The notes: generated from the letters alone by a model not told the origin. Counted from the stretch's first letter, positions 37,566-46,894 are shown. The stretch: 64,000 nt of DNA from Polyangiaceae bacterium (GCA_033763455.1 JANRKO010000033.1:64001-128000), one strand, 5' to 3'. Translations and numbers: made by a program.

Positions 37566-38915
37566 CTAAGCTAGCTCCGGCAAGAGCTTGGTTCCGTAGA
37601 CTCCAAACTTCGTGGCGGGCACACCGACAATATTGAGAATGGTAAGCAGCAGATCGTCGTAATTGGCGCGCTGGGCGGATGCATACCGAACATGCTGACC
37701 AAGCTTGAGCTTGCCACCAGCGTGCCCAGCCACAATCACCGGAACATTGGAGAAATCATGGGAGACGCCCAAGCCGCACTCGCTAGCGAAGAACACCAAT
37801 GAATTGTCGAGTAGGTTCGTGGCACCCTGCATCGCCGCCTTCATTAGGCGCAAACCGTACGCAAACTGCTCCATTTCGTCGACAACAATCTTGGTTTGCG
37901 CTTCTATCCCCTCTGGGGATTCAAGGTGGGAGATACCATGGTGGCCATCCAGCTCATCCACCAAATTCAGCCATGGAAACTGGCGCTTATTGCCTCGGCT
38001 GGCCAGCATGAAGCTGCCCACGCGGGTGAACCCACACGCGAACGCCATCACCTGCAGACGGATCAAGAGCTGAGCGTGCTCGTTTGAGTAGGCCCCCGAC
38101 ATGTTGTCAATGTCAGGTGCCGACCCTCCGAGCCGACCATCGAAGGTCATCTCGCTGTTGCATTCGGCAGTGCTAGTAATCGGCAAGGCCAGCCGAGCCT
38201 CCAGTTCTCGGACAGAAGTGAGGTATTCGTCCAGCCTGTGCTTGTCAGCGTGGCTTATCTGCGCGCTCAAATCCGTGACATCCACCCTCACGTAGTCCAA
38301 GACGCTTTGACGATAGTCCGCAACCCCAACTGCCGGTTTTCCGAAAAGCTTCTCAAACAAGACGGCCGCGTCACGCTCCGCAGGCACCGGAGTAGCTCCG
38401 GATTGCCAGGAGATCTGGTCGGCAACTTCCCCACGCAAGCCGCCGAGTGCCACCGGGAGTGACTTGAAGCGACTCATCTTCCCAAGCTCGCCAGCTGCCA
38501 CTTGATCCATCGATGCGAACTCAACAGTGGTGGCACTTGCGAGCGAACCTCCTGTGGCGAAAGATGCATGCCCACGCTGATGAGCATCGTTGTTGATGCT
38601 CTGATTTCTCAACGCCTCCTGCTTGCGCAGGCCCTGGATGATACTGAAATCCTGTCTGAATTCGGCTATTGGCACCAGGCTTCGGGTGAGCTCATAGGCG
38701 CTCCCGGTGGCCACCGGCCACCACGCATCAGGGACTACGCCGTTTGGGATAAAGAATGTTAATAGGTTAACCGGAATATTCGTCTGGCCGTGAGCCGTTC
38801 GCAGCAGGCCATTGTCCGTCAACATGGCATCCAGAATGGGCAGCCCGAGGCACACGCTACTTCCGGCGCCAAAACCTCGGAGCAAATGTCGGCGCGAAAC
38901 GCGAATCGGCTTCAT
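37566..38915 (-). CDS. DUF1552 family protein, Tat-exported (cassette 3)
   Basis: SRRHLLRG Tat motif; LP.LDAM, PNG, SMDQ..A, SVLD, RLDEYLTSVRELE, HHGISH and LLDNS. Confidence 0.92.
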   Translation of the reverse strand: MKPIRVSRRHLLRGFGAGSSVCLGLPILDAMLTDNGLLRTAHGQTNIPVNLLTFFIPNGVVPDAWWPVATGSAYELTRSLVPIAEFRQDFSIIQGLRKQEALRNQSINNDAHQRGHASFATGGSLASATTVEFASMDQVAAGELGKMSRFKSLPVALGGLRGEVADQISWQSGATPVPAERDAAVLFEKLFGKPAVGVADYRQSVLDYVRVDVTDLSAQISHADKHRLDEYLTSVRELEARLALPITSTAECNSEMTFDGRLGGSAPDIDNMSGAYSNEHAQLLIRLQVMAFACGFTRVGSFMLASRGNKRQFPWLNLVDELDGHHGISHLESPEGIEAQTKIVVDEMEQFAYGLRLMKAAMQGATNLLDNSLVFFASECGLGVSHDFSNVPVIVAGHAGGKLKLGQHVRYASAQRANYDDLLLTILNIVGVPATKFGVYGTKLLPELA

Positions 38916-40624
38916 GGCTGCACCGCCGTGGCCGCGGAAGTGAACCGGAAAGCATCGCTCGTTACCATAGTCAAAATCATGTCCTTCAGGTTGAAGTTGG
39001 TGGTTTTGAGCGCTGTGCTCGCCTGCGCTACAGAACAGGCGTCTTGCGCACTGACCTCCCTTCCATAGGCAAATTGAAAAGCCTTCGTGGCGACGCAGTC
39101 CGCAACTTCGGGCGCGGCTTGGAGTAGAGCAGCGAGCTCTTTGGGCCCCACGAAGCCTGGATCCCCCCCAAGCCCGTACGCTTGCCCGGCACCCGTCAGC
39201 GCCTCCCCACGACTGCCCGTCGCATGAAATCGACCAATCTCGTCATACTGCTCAAGACCAAACCCCAAGGGCTCAAGGAGCTGGTGACACGCTGCACACT
39301 CCGCCGAACTTCGGTGGCTTGCCAAGCGTTCCCTCACCGTCAAACTGGGATCATTGGATACCGCCGGGATCATCGCGGGTGGACCTGGAACCGGGATCGT
39401 ACAAAGAAACGCATTCCTTAAGAACTTGCCACGCAGAATCGGGGTCACCGTCTCAGAGGCCCCCGGCACACTTGCCGTAAGGAAGCCCGGTTGGGTTAAG
39501 AGCCCTGTTCGCTCTTCCGGGAGCTCAATTTTTGCCAGGTCCTTACCTGTAGGCGGCAACCCGTATATAGGCGCCAGGTTATCGTCTACGTAGGAGTAGC
39601 GAGCGCTCAGTGCATCCAGAAGATTCGCGCCCGCCGGTACCCAAAAATCCCTCAGAAATAGGTTTACCTCAGCGATCGCCGAGGCCTTTTTGGCGTCCGA
39701 CCACTCTGGGAATTGCGTTAAGGGCCTCGGTACCACCTTCACCTCATCGAGCTCCAGCCATTTGCTCAGGAGGCGCCCCAGCCCTTCACTGGCACGCGGA
39801 TCCTCCAGCATCGCGCGCGCGGCCCCTTGCACCTGGGCGATGTCGCCCAACTTGTCCTCGAGGGCGAGCTCGGTGAGGTAGGCGTCTGGGTTGGTCCCCC
39901 AAATCAGGAACGACAAGCGCGTCGCAATCTCGGCACTGCTGAGCTTGTTCCAGGTGGCAAGCTTACCAGGCAAAGTCCCATCTTCGACACGAAAGAGAAA
40001 GCGAGAAGACGAAAGGATGCCCGCTATTATCAGCTTCGCGGGACGGTAGAGATCCGGCTCCGGCCCAAGCGGAGTTGAAGCCAACGCGTCTAGATTGTCG
40101 ATTTCGTTCTTGCTGAGTGCCTGACGATAGAGCGCAGTTCCAACAGAACTCGCAAGAAACTTGTAGCAAGACTCTTTAGCAAGATCACAGAGGGCGAGCG
40201 CGGCTCGGCGCTCTGGAGTGCTGACCGCGACATCCGCCACGTAGAACGCCGCCTTCATGTACTTCTCAAGATGGGTGGCCGACACCACGCCGGGGGGCGC
40301 AAGGATCCTCGATTCACCCTCCGGTTCAAGCAGGGCCAAGGCCTGTTCAGCCTCCGAGTCAGCCAGGTGCAGCACATCTCGAACAGACCGCATAAACTCT
40401 TGGTTGCTGAGACGCCGTAGGCCACTCGGCCCCGGCGTGATCGCGCCGCCACACGCCGGTACCTGCATCGGCGGTGAGGTGTCTGTGTCTCGAGGTACCT
40501 GAGCGGCCTCCCCCTTAGATCCCGCCGCACCACCGCCTGAACCGCTGCAGCCAAGGCTCAGTGCGCCAAGTAGCCAGGCGGCACTGCCAACACGCGTTAA
40601 CCCGAGCCTCTGTCGGTAATCCAT
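38912..40624 (-). CDS. DUF1592/DUF1588-family lipoprotein with CxxCH (cassette 3)
   Basis: Lipobox SLGC; LRRLSN.E, FLFRVE, ATRLSF.IW...PD, R.GLLT, PILRG, CAACH and LGFGLEQYD.IG. Confidence 0.9.
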   Translation of the reverse strand: MDYRQRLGLTRVGSAAWLLGALSLGCSGSGGGAAGSKGEAAQVPRDTDTSPPMQVPACGGAITPGPSGLRRLSNQEFMRSVRDVLHLADSEAEQALALLEPEGESRILAPPGVVSATHLEKYMKAAFYVADVAVSTPERRAALALCDLAKESCYKFLASSVGTALYRQALSKNEIDNLDALASTPLGPEPDLYRPAKLIIAGILSSSRFLFRVEDGTLPGKLATWNKLSSAEIATRLSFLIWGTNPDAYLTELALEDKLGDIAQVQGAARAMLEDPRASEGLGRLLSKWLELDEVKVVPRPLTQFPEWSDAKKASAIAEVNLFLRDFWVPAGANLLDALSARYSYVDDNLAPIYGLPPTGKDLAKIELPEERTGLLTQPGFLTASVPGASETVTPILRGKFLRNAFLCTIPVPGPPAMIPAVSNDPSLTVRERLASHRSSAECAACHQLLEPLGFGLEQYDEIGRFHATGSRGEALTGAGQAYGLGGDPGFVGPKELAALLQAAPEVADCVATKAFQFAYGREVSAQDACSVAQASTALKTTNFNLKDMILTMVTSDAFRFTSAATAVQP

Positions 40625-40831
40625 AGTGTTCCTTTCTGAGACTATTCCCGAGCGGTGCGCGGGCGGGCGTCGACCGTTGTGTGCAGCCTATCCCTTTTGT
40701 CTAACTTCGAGAATGGACAATACGATTTCAGCTTCAAGCTCGCGACAGTCGACGAGCACGTCAATCCACAACAAATACAGCTTCACATTGTATTTAAGGT
40801 TTCATTTACCCGCCACCCAGCAACTCCGTGT

Positions 40832-40848
40832 GCGCATGATCTGTAAGG
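40832..40848 (+). promoter_or_regulatory. Putative regulator site GCGCAT-gatc-TGTAAGG (copy 3)
   Basis: In the divergent region between cassette 3 and the DUF2341 remnant, about 90 bp before ATG 40939. Confidence 0.55.
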
Positions 40849-40938
40849 CCAAAGTGGCTGATCTTCGATTGCCAGTGACTGTATCTTTCGTTCGCGTCCT
40901 CGACGAGGAACACTCCATCTCGCCGCTCTGGTAATTCT

Positions 40939-41481
40939 ATGGAGGGTGGGATGTCCCCGAGCACAGGCGGTGGCACCGGCGGCGCGGAGCTGGTGGAACT
41001 CTCAATGGAAACGCCGACGCGCCATCGTTGTAAGCGGTCCGCAGCACGAACCGCTTAGCGACTTTCCCGTACCGGTGCGCCTCACCACGGCCAATTTTGA
41101 CTTCCAAGCCGCCGACCCCAACGGTGCGGACGTCGTTACCTTCTCCGGCTGGGTGAAGCCACGTGCGGGAGCGGACGAACAAAACGGCATCATCGCGATC
41201 GGAGGAGACCTTCGCTTCGACTCCGCGGGGCACCCAGGGTTCTCCATAGGCTTCGATGGGCCCAATTTGGTAATGATGGCGTTTCCTATGCGCGGCCAAC
41301 CTACCTCTCTCACGCTTCCGCACTAGGCTCGGACTGCGTGGGGGGCCACGATTTCGCGGAGGCGACCTTCGATGAATTCAGACTTCAAAAGACCAGTCGC
41401 TCGGCAGCTTGGTTTGAAACCGAGTTCACATCCATGAGCTCCCCCACCTTCGCGGTGGTGGGCCCAGTCGAAGTTCCCTAA
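40939..41481 (+). pseudogene. Fragmented DUF2341/LamG gene
   Basis: Gly linker (MEGGMSPSTGGGTGGA) in one frame; WWNSQWKRRRAI...L.DFPV.VRL....DF......GAD then TFSGWVK in a second frame; C-terminal FDEFRLQKTSRSAAWFETEF...PTFAVVGPVEVP back in the first frame; most of the middle is missing. Confidence 0.7.
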
Positions 41482-41503
41482 GCTTCGCAGAAGGGGCACC
41501 AGC

Positions 41504-42580
41504 TCAGGGCCCGCCGCCCGCGCCGCCCGCGCCCGCGCCGCCCATGGCGAGCGGAGGGCAGGTAGGACTGGTCGGCTTTACCGGCACTGCGCTCACCAAA
41601 GCGCTCGCTGGCACGGTTGCAAAAGTGTTCTCGGAAGGCAGCGTCCAACGGATCTCCCAATGATCAACACCCAAGTTAGCTCGATGAAAGAAGTCAAAAT
41701 AGTAAAGATTATCTTTAATCATCGGCACCGCTTGGGATTTTTGCCCGGGAACGTTAAATGTGTCAGGTGACGTGTAGTAATCAACCGCAACCACAGCGCG
41801 CGCCTGGGTTCTGACTGAAACATTTTGCCCCGGCGGCACCACGGTGCTGATGTACAACTCGCCACCGTTTGAAGAAGTTAACCAAAAAATGAAATTGCCG
41901 GTTGCTGGTGCCTTGATAAACCCACGCACGCGTTCTCCATAGTTGTCGCCGTAATCGGTTGGGATCAGGGGGTCCTCAGGCGAGTGGCTCTTTAGACCAT
42001 TGACCATTTGGCCAACCAGCGTGGGGTTGTCGGGGAAGTTGGGAGAGAAGGCACAGTTGGTAAAGGAAGCTACTTGGTCGTGGTTGCCCATGTAGCCAGG
42101 CAGAGGTACATCCGCCCAGAATTCGCGGAGAGCTGTTCCCGGCGAACCCAAGCCCACCACACCACCACACCCCAATTCAGGCCCACATCCGTTCTCTCCA
42201 CTATCACGCCTCGTCAGGTTCACATTTCCAGGATCGGGTAGAGTGCCTCCCGAAGAACTCCCTCCTGACAAGGTTCCACCAACTCCACCGACGCCGCCCT
42301 GTGCAGGAGCACCTCCCAACGAAGCGCCACCCACCGATGCCCCTCCAGAGCCACCGCTTGGAGCGGCTCCCCCAACTCCTGTTTGATCGCCCCGACCCCC
42401 AACGCCGGCCGCAGGCGCCCCGCCGGAAGCTACCGTTTGGCTCCCACCGCTCCCGCCTTGCCCCTCAGAGGGATTCAGGCCCCCGTAGCGCGAGCCGTTG
42501 CTCGCCGACGGATCAGCACACGCATACACCACTGCAACGGCCATCGATCCACCAACCAACAACTTGAATGCGCGCGCCAT
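41504..42580 (-). CDS. Gly-rich lipoprotein with PA14 domain
   Basis: Lipobox VYAC; DNYGERVRGFIKAPATGNFIFWLTS..GGELYIS and W..P......VP...L. Confidence 0.82.
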   Translation of the reverse strand: MARAFKLLVGGSMAVAVVYACADPSASNGSRYGGLNPSEGQGGSGGSQTVASGGAPAAGVGGRGDQTGVGGAAPSGGSGGASVGGASLGGAPAQGGVGGVGGTLSGGSSSGGTLPDPGNVNLTRRDSGENGCGPELGCGGVVGLGSPGTALREFWADVPLPGYMGNHDQVASFTNCAFSPNFPDNPTLVGQMVNGLKSHSPEDPLIPTDYGDNYGERVRGFIKAPATGNFIFWLTSSNGGELYISTVVPPGQNVSVRTQARAVVAVDYYTSPDTFNVPGQKSQAVPMIKDNLYYFDFFHRANLGVDHWEIRWTLPSENTFATVPASALVSAVPVKPTSPTCPPLAMGGAGAGGAGGGP

Positions 42581-42662
42581 GTTACCGCCAAGGTATGCTT
42601 CGGACTGTCGGGCGAGGCTGGCCCCGCCGCTTTCGACTATTGCTCAAACCACCACACGCGTC

Positions 42663-42679
42663 CCTTACAAGAGATGCGC
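42663..42679 (-). promoter_or_regulatory. Putative regulator site GCGCAT-ctct-TGTAAGG (copy 4)
   Basis: About 83 bp upstream of the PA14 gene ATG. Confidence 0.55.
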
Positions 42680-42805
42680 TGATTTGTGGCAAGAGTTGCC
42701 CGCCCATGATCCAACGGTAAGGCGTGATCGGCATGCGCAAGTGATCGGAAATTGCTCCATCGATGTTTGGATAATGGACGTCACCGAATGGGTTGGATGC
42801 CCTCC

Positions 42806-42832
42806 CAAGCTGCCGCTTTGCGCGGCAGCTTG
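42806..42832 (-). terminator. Perfect 11-bp hairpin downstream of the SDR gene
   Basis: caagctgccgc-tttgc-gcggcagcttg; no U-tract. Confidence 0.4.
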
Positions 42833-42942
42833 CCCCTCACCAAGCGTCTCCCTGCGCGGGAGCCGCGGGCGGGGCTGGGTGCCATCGCGCTCGCCTCAGA
42901 AAGTCGAATCCTCTTACACGCTCTCGAACGAGGAGCAAGCCG

Positions 42943-43713
42943 TCAGCGTGCAGTAAACCCACCGTCGATAAGTAGCGTCGCACCCGTAATCATAGCGGCG
43001 AGGGGTGATGCCAAAAATACTACGGCTCCCGCCACATCCGTGGGCTCGCCCACGCGCCCGAGTGGGATGTTAGCCAAGAGCTCCTGCCGGAAGCTCTCAT
43101 TTTCAAGCCACTTAACGGTACCTGGGGTGCGAATAAACGTGGGAGCCACCGCGTTCACATGGATGTTGTGTTTGCCCCACTCAACGGCCAAACAACGGGT
43201 AAGATGGGAAATGGCGGCCTTAGTCATGCAATAAACAGATTCGGTGGGCAGCCCCACAAATCCTGCTTGCGAGCTCAGATTGATGATGCGCCCGCTCCCT
43301 GCTTGGATCATGTGGCGGCCCACCTCTTGGCTCACGAAAAATGTTCCCTTCAGATTCACGCCAATTGTGAGATCGAAGTCAGCTTCCGTAACGGATTCGG
43401 CAGGGTTCGGCGGGCCAAGGCCCGCGTTGTTCACCAAAATATCAATCCTACCGAAATGCTCAACGGCTTGCTTGACCGCACTTCTGATTTGATCCAGATG
43501 CAGCACATCCATCTGAAGCGGCAAGGTACGGCGCCCTAGAGCTGTGATGGCATCCACCAGCGCTCCGCCGGAATCTAGGTCACGCAAGCCAAGCGCGACA
43601 TCCGCCCCAGCCTCGGCTAGTGCGAGGGCACAAGCCTGCCCAATGCCCCGCGCAGCTCCCGTTACCAAAGCGACCTGGCCGCTGAGATCAATGCCTGAAA
43701 TACTGGATGTCAT
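42943..43713 (-). CDS. Short-chain dehydrogenase/reductase (FabG/KduD-like)
   Basis: TGAARGIG, NNAG, YCMTK and IDGG. Confidence 0.93.
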   Translation of the reverse strand: MTSSISGIDLSGQVALVTGAARGIGQACALALAEAGADVALGLRDLDSGGALVDAITALGRRTLPLQMDVLHLDQIRSAVKQAVEHFGRIDILVNNAGLGPPNPAESVTEADFDLTIGVNLKGTFFVSQEVGRHMIQAGSGRIINLSSQAGFVGLPTESVYCMTKAAISHLTRCLAVEWGKHNIHVNAVAPTFIRTPGTVKWLENESFRQELLANIPLGRVGEPTDVAGAVVFLASPLAAMITGATLLIDGGFTAR

Positions 43714-43725
43714 GGTTTGGTTGTT

Positions 43726-46170
43726 CTAACGCGGAGCCGCTTCCAGTGCGCGCCGATAGCGTTCACGGCGAGATGGGTCACTGAGAATTTCGTGCGCTTC
43801 TTCTAGCACTTCCAAGATGCTGTCCACGGATGAACGCAAGTCGAGCGTCTTGGGGGTGAGAACGGCTTCTGGCTCGAACTGCTTGCGAAGCTCAAGGTAG
43901 GCTTTTTGGATATCGTAGCTTGTGGCGCTACGGCCCACCCCAAGGACCGCGAAATAGTCTCCCTGCTCTACTAGGGCTAAGCGTGAGAGGACGCGCGCGC
44001 GCAATACTTCAGCGTCGAGGGCATCTTCCCGGACGGGTTCCGAGGGCACTACCTTCCTGAACACACGCTGGACATTGGCAATTGGTTGTTCACCTGTGGC
44101 TGAGATAACTCCGAGAGCTTTCAAGGCGTACAGAGCGGATGCCGCATCAGCCCCCGTGCGTTCAAGGAAATCTCCCAGGCGGATCCGTTCGAGTTGGCGA
44201 AGCTCGCTCTGCAAGGGTTCTTCAAGGGCGCACTCGCCAAGCAAATGCCACTCTGGGCCTCTTTCGAGCGTAACACCTGGACCGCCTAGCTGCGCCAACG
44301 CTCGCTTAGGCTCCACTGCGCGGCGCACGAGCTCGACCAAAACTTCAGCGCCTGTAGCGCCACCGAAGACAGCTGGTTCTTCCCGCAAACGCTCCGCAAC
44401 ATTCGCCTCTAGAGTGAGCTTGCACGAGCCCATTCCGATCAGACCAATCAGAAGCCACTCAGCGTGCGCCCGGAGGGCACTCCAAAGTTCGTCCTGCCTC
44501 AGATGCCCATGCGCAATCAGCGCCGCGCCCGCATGACGGCCAAAATGTGGCAAGCGGTGCCCCACTTGAAGCGCGGACTCAGGCGAAATCGAACCCCGCT
44601 GGACGAGGAAAGCGACCAATGACTCGCTCTGAGCGGCCGAGGCCACAATGACCAAATCTCCCTCACGGAACACGACTCTTCGAAGCCCGGTACCCGGATC
44701 CAAAGCGAGCGCTCCCGTGTATCGTGTTTGAATGAGGTGGCCCAAAGTTCCGATGAGATCTTGAGGTGCCACGCTGCTTTTCGCAGATTCGGAGCCACGC
44801 ATGGCAGGAACAGAACGCGACCTCGGAGAGCCAGTGACGTGCCGGGGTGTGTCGGGCATCTCGGTGGGGTGAGGCGCCGGGGTGTCCGCCGGCCACTTCG
44901 ACGAAACGCCCGTAGCGGTAACGCTCTGGCGGCGCGGCGGCGTGGTGGAAGTTGCCTCGTCGCGACGCGCTTCAGGTGGATGGAGGCGCGATGCAGGCGA
45001 CGAATCCGTACGTGCCGTCTGCTTGGGTGTCACGCTTTCCCAGGCGACGGAGGCCACCGGGCCTGAGTTCTGTTCGATAGCAGTGCGACCTTCGCTCAGT
45101 GGGATTTCAGAGGCCAACTTGCGATTCTCGAGGAGCCCCAAATCCGAAAGCCTTTGAGGGGGAGGCGTAGTCACGGCTTTTCGTGGATCTGGAGCTTCCG
45201 GTTCACGCCGGCCAGGAACCGGCGCCGGCGTTCCAGCGTCCGAACGACCCGCGTTCGAACCATCCGATTCGAGGGCTGCAGGAACTTCCGACACGGCCTG
45301 CTCTTCCCGCACCGAACCTCTGCCGTCGGAAGTGCCGTGAAGATGACCTGTAGTGATGGGGTTGGCGAAGCCGCCATCTTCGTCGAGATCTAAGCCCTCA
45401 TCGAGCCCGGCCAAGATGTCAGCGGGAAGCACCGCATCCACCTCCGCCTCGGGCTGAAGCCGCCGGGTACGGGTAACCAATGCCGGTGGCAATTCACCGA
45501 GGCGTGCCTCAGCTTCTGCCAAGAGCTCAACGAGCTGTTCGCTCATTTCGGACTCAGGAATAAATGCCAACGCATCCTTGGCTGGACGCTCCGCTCCTGC
45601 TGCGGGTGGAGTGACTGAGCGAGGTGATTTTGGCCCCATGAATGCGGGCGGTGTGCTCGCGTGGAGCACCTCCGACCCGCCTTCATAGCGGTACGGCTTT
45701 CGTGCCGACGCCACGAGTACGGGTGAACGCGAAAGAGCGTGGGGAGGTGCGGCTGAAACGCGCGCTTGCGGGGGACCCACCAGCGCCTCCACTTTGCGCA
45801 ACAATGACGGCACATCCACAGGACGCACGAAAGCTCCGCTTGCTTCGTGAAACAGGGCGTCCGCCTGAGCGTCCAACGTTCGCCCAGGCTCACCGATGAA
45901 AATCACTTCCACGCTCTCGCCTCCCCTCACCTCGCGTAAGCGCGCGATCGTGTCCAGCGCATCCGTCGCGTCGACGTCACAAAGGATCAGCGCTGGACGC
46001 TGCGCCGCCAGGCGCCCGATCAAAAGGCCCAGCGGAACATCCACCACCTGATAGCCGCGCTGCCGCAAGGCCTCCGTGAAACGCTCCGCTTCCGCGGACG
46101 CATCGCTGACGAAGATCGGCGCATCACCGCCGGGCTTGCCGCTCAGCTCGGAGGCGGGAACTTCGGACAT
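43726..46170 (-). CDS. Atypical receiver domain + disordered linker + DUF4388-like domain + J-like domain
   Basis: N-terminal REC fold (LILCD, FVRPVD..LL..V); long P/S/E-rich linker; TG.L......R.V.F..G; DYFAVLGV..SAT..DI..AY...EA.EILSDP.RRERY. Confidence 0.8.
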   Translation of the reverse strand: MSEVPASELSGKPGGDAPIFVSDASAEAERFTEALRQRGYQVVDVPLGLLIGRLAAQRPALILCDVDATDALDTIARLREVRGGESVEVIFIGEPGRTLDAQADALFHEASGAFVRPVDVPSLLRKVEALVGPPQARVSAAPPHALSRSPVLVASARKPYRYEGGSEVLHASTPPAFMGPKSPRSVTPPAAGAERPAKDALAFIPESEMSEQLVELLAEAEARLGELPPALVTRTRRLQPEAEVDAVLPADILAGLDEGLDLDEDGGFANPITTGHLHGTSDGRGSVREEQAVSEVPAALESDGSNAGRSDAGTPAPVPGRREPEAPDPRKAVTTPPPQRLSDLGLLENRKLASEIPLSEGRTAIEQNSGPVASVAWESVTPKQTARTDSSPASRLHPPEARRDEATSTTPPRRQSVTATGVSSKWPADTPAPHPTEMPDTPRHVTGSPRSRSVPAMRGSESAKSSVAPQDLIGTLGHLIQTRYTGALALDPGTGLRRVVFREGDLVIVASAAQSESLVAFLVQRGSISPESALQVGHRLPHFGRHAGAALIAHGHLRQDELWSALRAHAEWLLIGLIGMGSCKLTLEANVAERLREEPAVFGGATGAEVLVELVRRAVEPKRALAQLGGPGVTLERGPEWHLLGECALEEPLQSELRQLERIRLGDFLERTGADAASALYALKALGVISATGEQPIANVQRVFRKVVPSEPVREDALDAEVLRARVLSRLALVEQGDYFAVLGVGRSATSYDIQKAYLELRKQFEPEAVLTPKTLDLRSSVDSILEVLEEAHEILSDPSRRERYRRALEAAPR

Positions 46171-46387
46171 GCGGGAAGGTTAATCAATTGCTAACCTGGC
46201 CGGCTACCAATTCGGCACGCCGCACCTCAGCGGCCGCCCCAAAACCGACCCACGGCACGGCCGAGGCGCTCCCAGAGCGGCACGGAAAACACCGCGAACA
46301 GCATGAAGCCGACCACTATCAACTCGCCCCGGGTAAACTGGAACATGACCTCAGACAGAGCCTAGCCTAAGGTGGGGTGCCCTCCAC

Positions 46388-46894
46388 ATGCCCGACCGCG
46401 ATTTTGTTCTAGGCCTCGGCACCAACTTGGGGAATCGCACCTTGAACCTCGTCCAGGCCGTTCAAGCAGTGGCCCCGCTCGGGACCCTTCTGAAGGCATC
46501 GGGGCTTTTTGAAACGCCCCCGGTCGGGCCCCCTCAGCCGGATTACCTGAACGCAGCGCTGCTTTTTCGATCCGGTCTCGGGCCCGGGGTGTTGATGGAA
46601 GGCCTGCTGGGGGTGGAGGTTGCGTTGGGACGCGTCCGCAACGAGCGCTGGGGTCCTCGAGTGATCGACTTGGATCTGCTCTGGTCGCCCGGTTTGGTGT
46701 TGTCCGAGTCAAACTTGGTCCTGCCGCACCCCGCCTTGTGTGAAAGGCCATTCGCTTTGCAGCCACTCCTGGAGGTCGCGCCCGATGCTTCGGACCCTCT
46801 GAGCGGGCGGACCTACCGCGACATTCTGGGCTCGCTGGGAGCCGCTCCACTTTACCCCTTGGCTGGAACCGAATTTGGGGCGTGGATTCGCTAG
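46388..46894 (+). CDS. folK: 2-amino-4-hydroxy-6-hydroxymethyldihydropteridine diphosphokinase
   Basis: LGLGTNLG, ETPP.G..QPDYLN, RWGPRVIDLDLL and LPHP...R.F.L.PL. Confidence 0.96.
   Translation: MPDRDFVLGLGTNLGNRTLNLVQAVQAVAPLGTLLKASGLFETPPVGPPQPDYLNAALLFRSGLGPGVLMEGLLGVEVALGRVRNERWGPRVIDLDLLWSPGLVLSESNLVLPHPALCERPFALQPLLEVAPDASDPLSGRTYRDILGSLGAAPLYPLAGTEFGAWIR

Noticed and set aside
41019..41035. gcgcca-tcgt-tgtaagc as a fifth motif copy
   Set aside because: It lies inside the coding remnant (RRAIVVS) with a poorer left half-site; probably chance
42230..42480. Gly/Ser-rich repeats (also near 24200-24430 and 27620-27760) as tandem repeats or CRISPR
   Set aside because: These are low-complexity protein linkers with no fixed repeat-spacer structure
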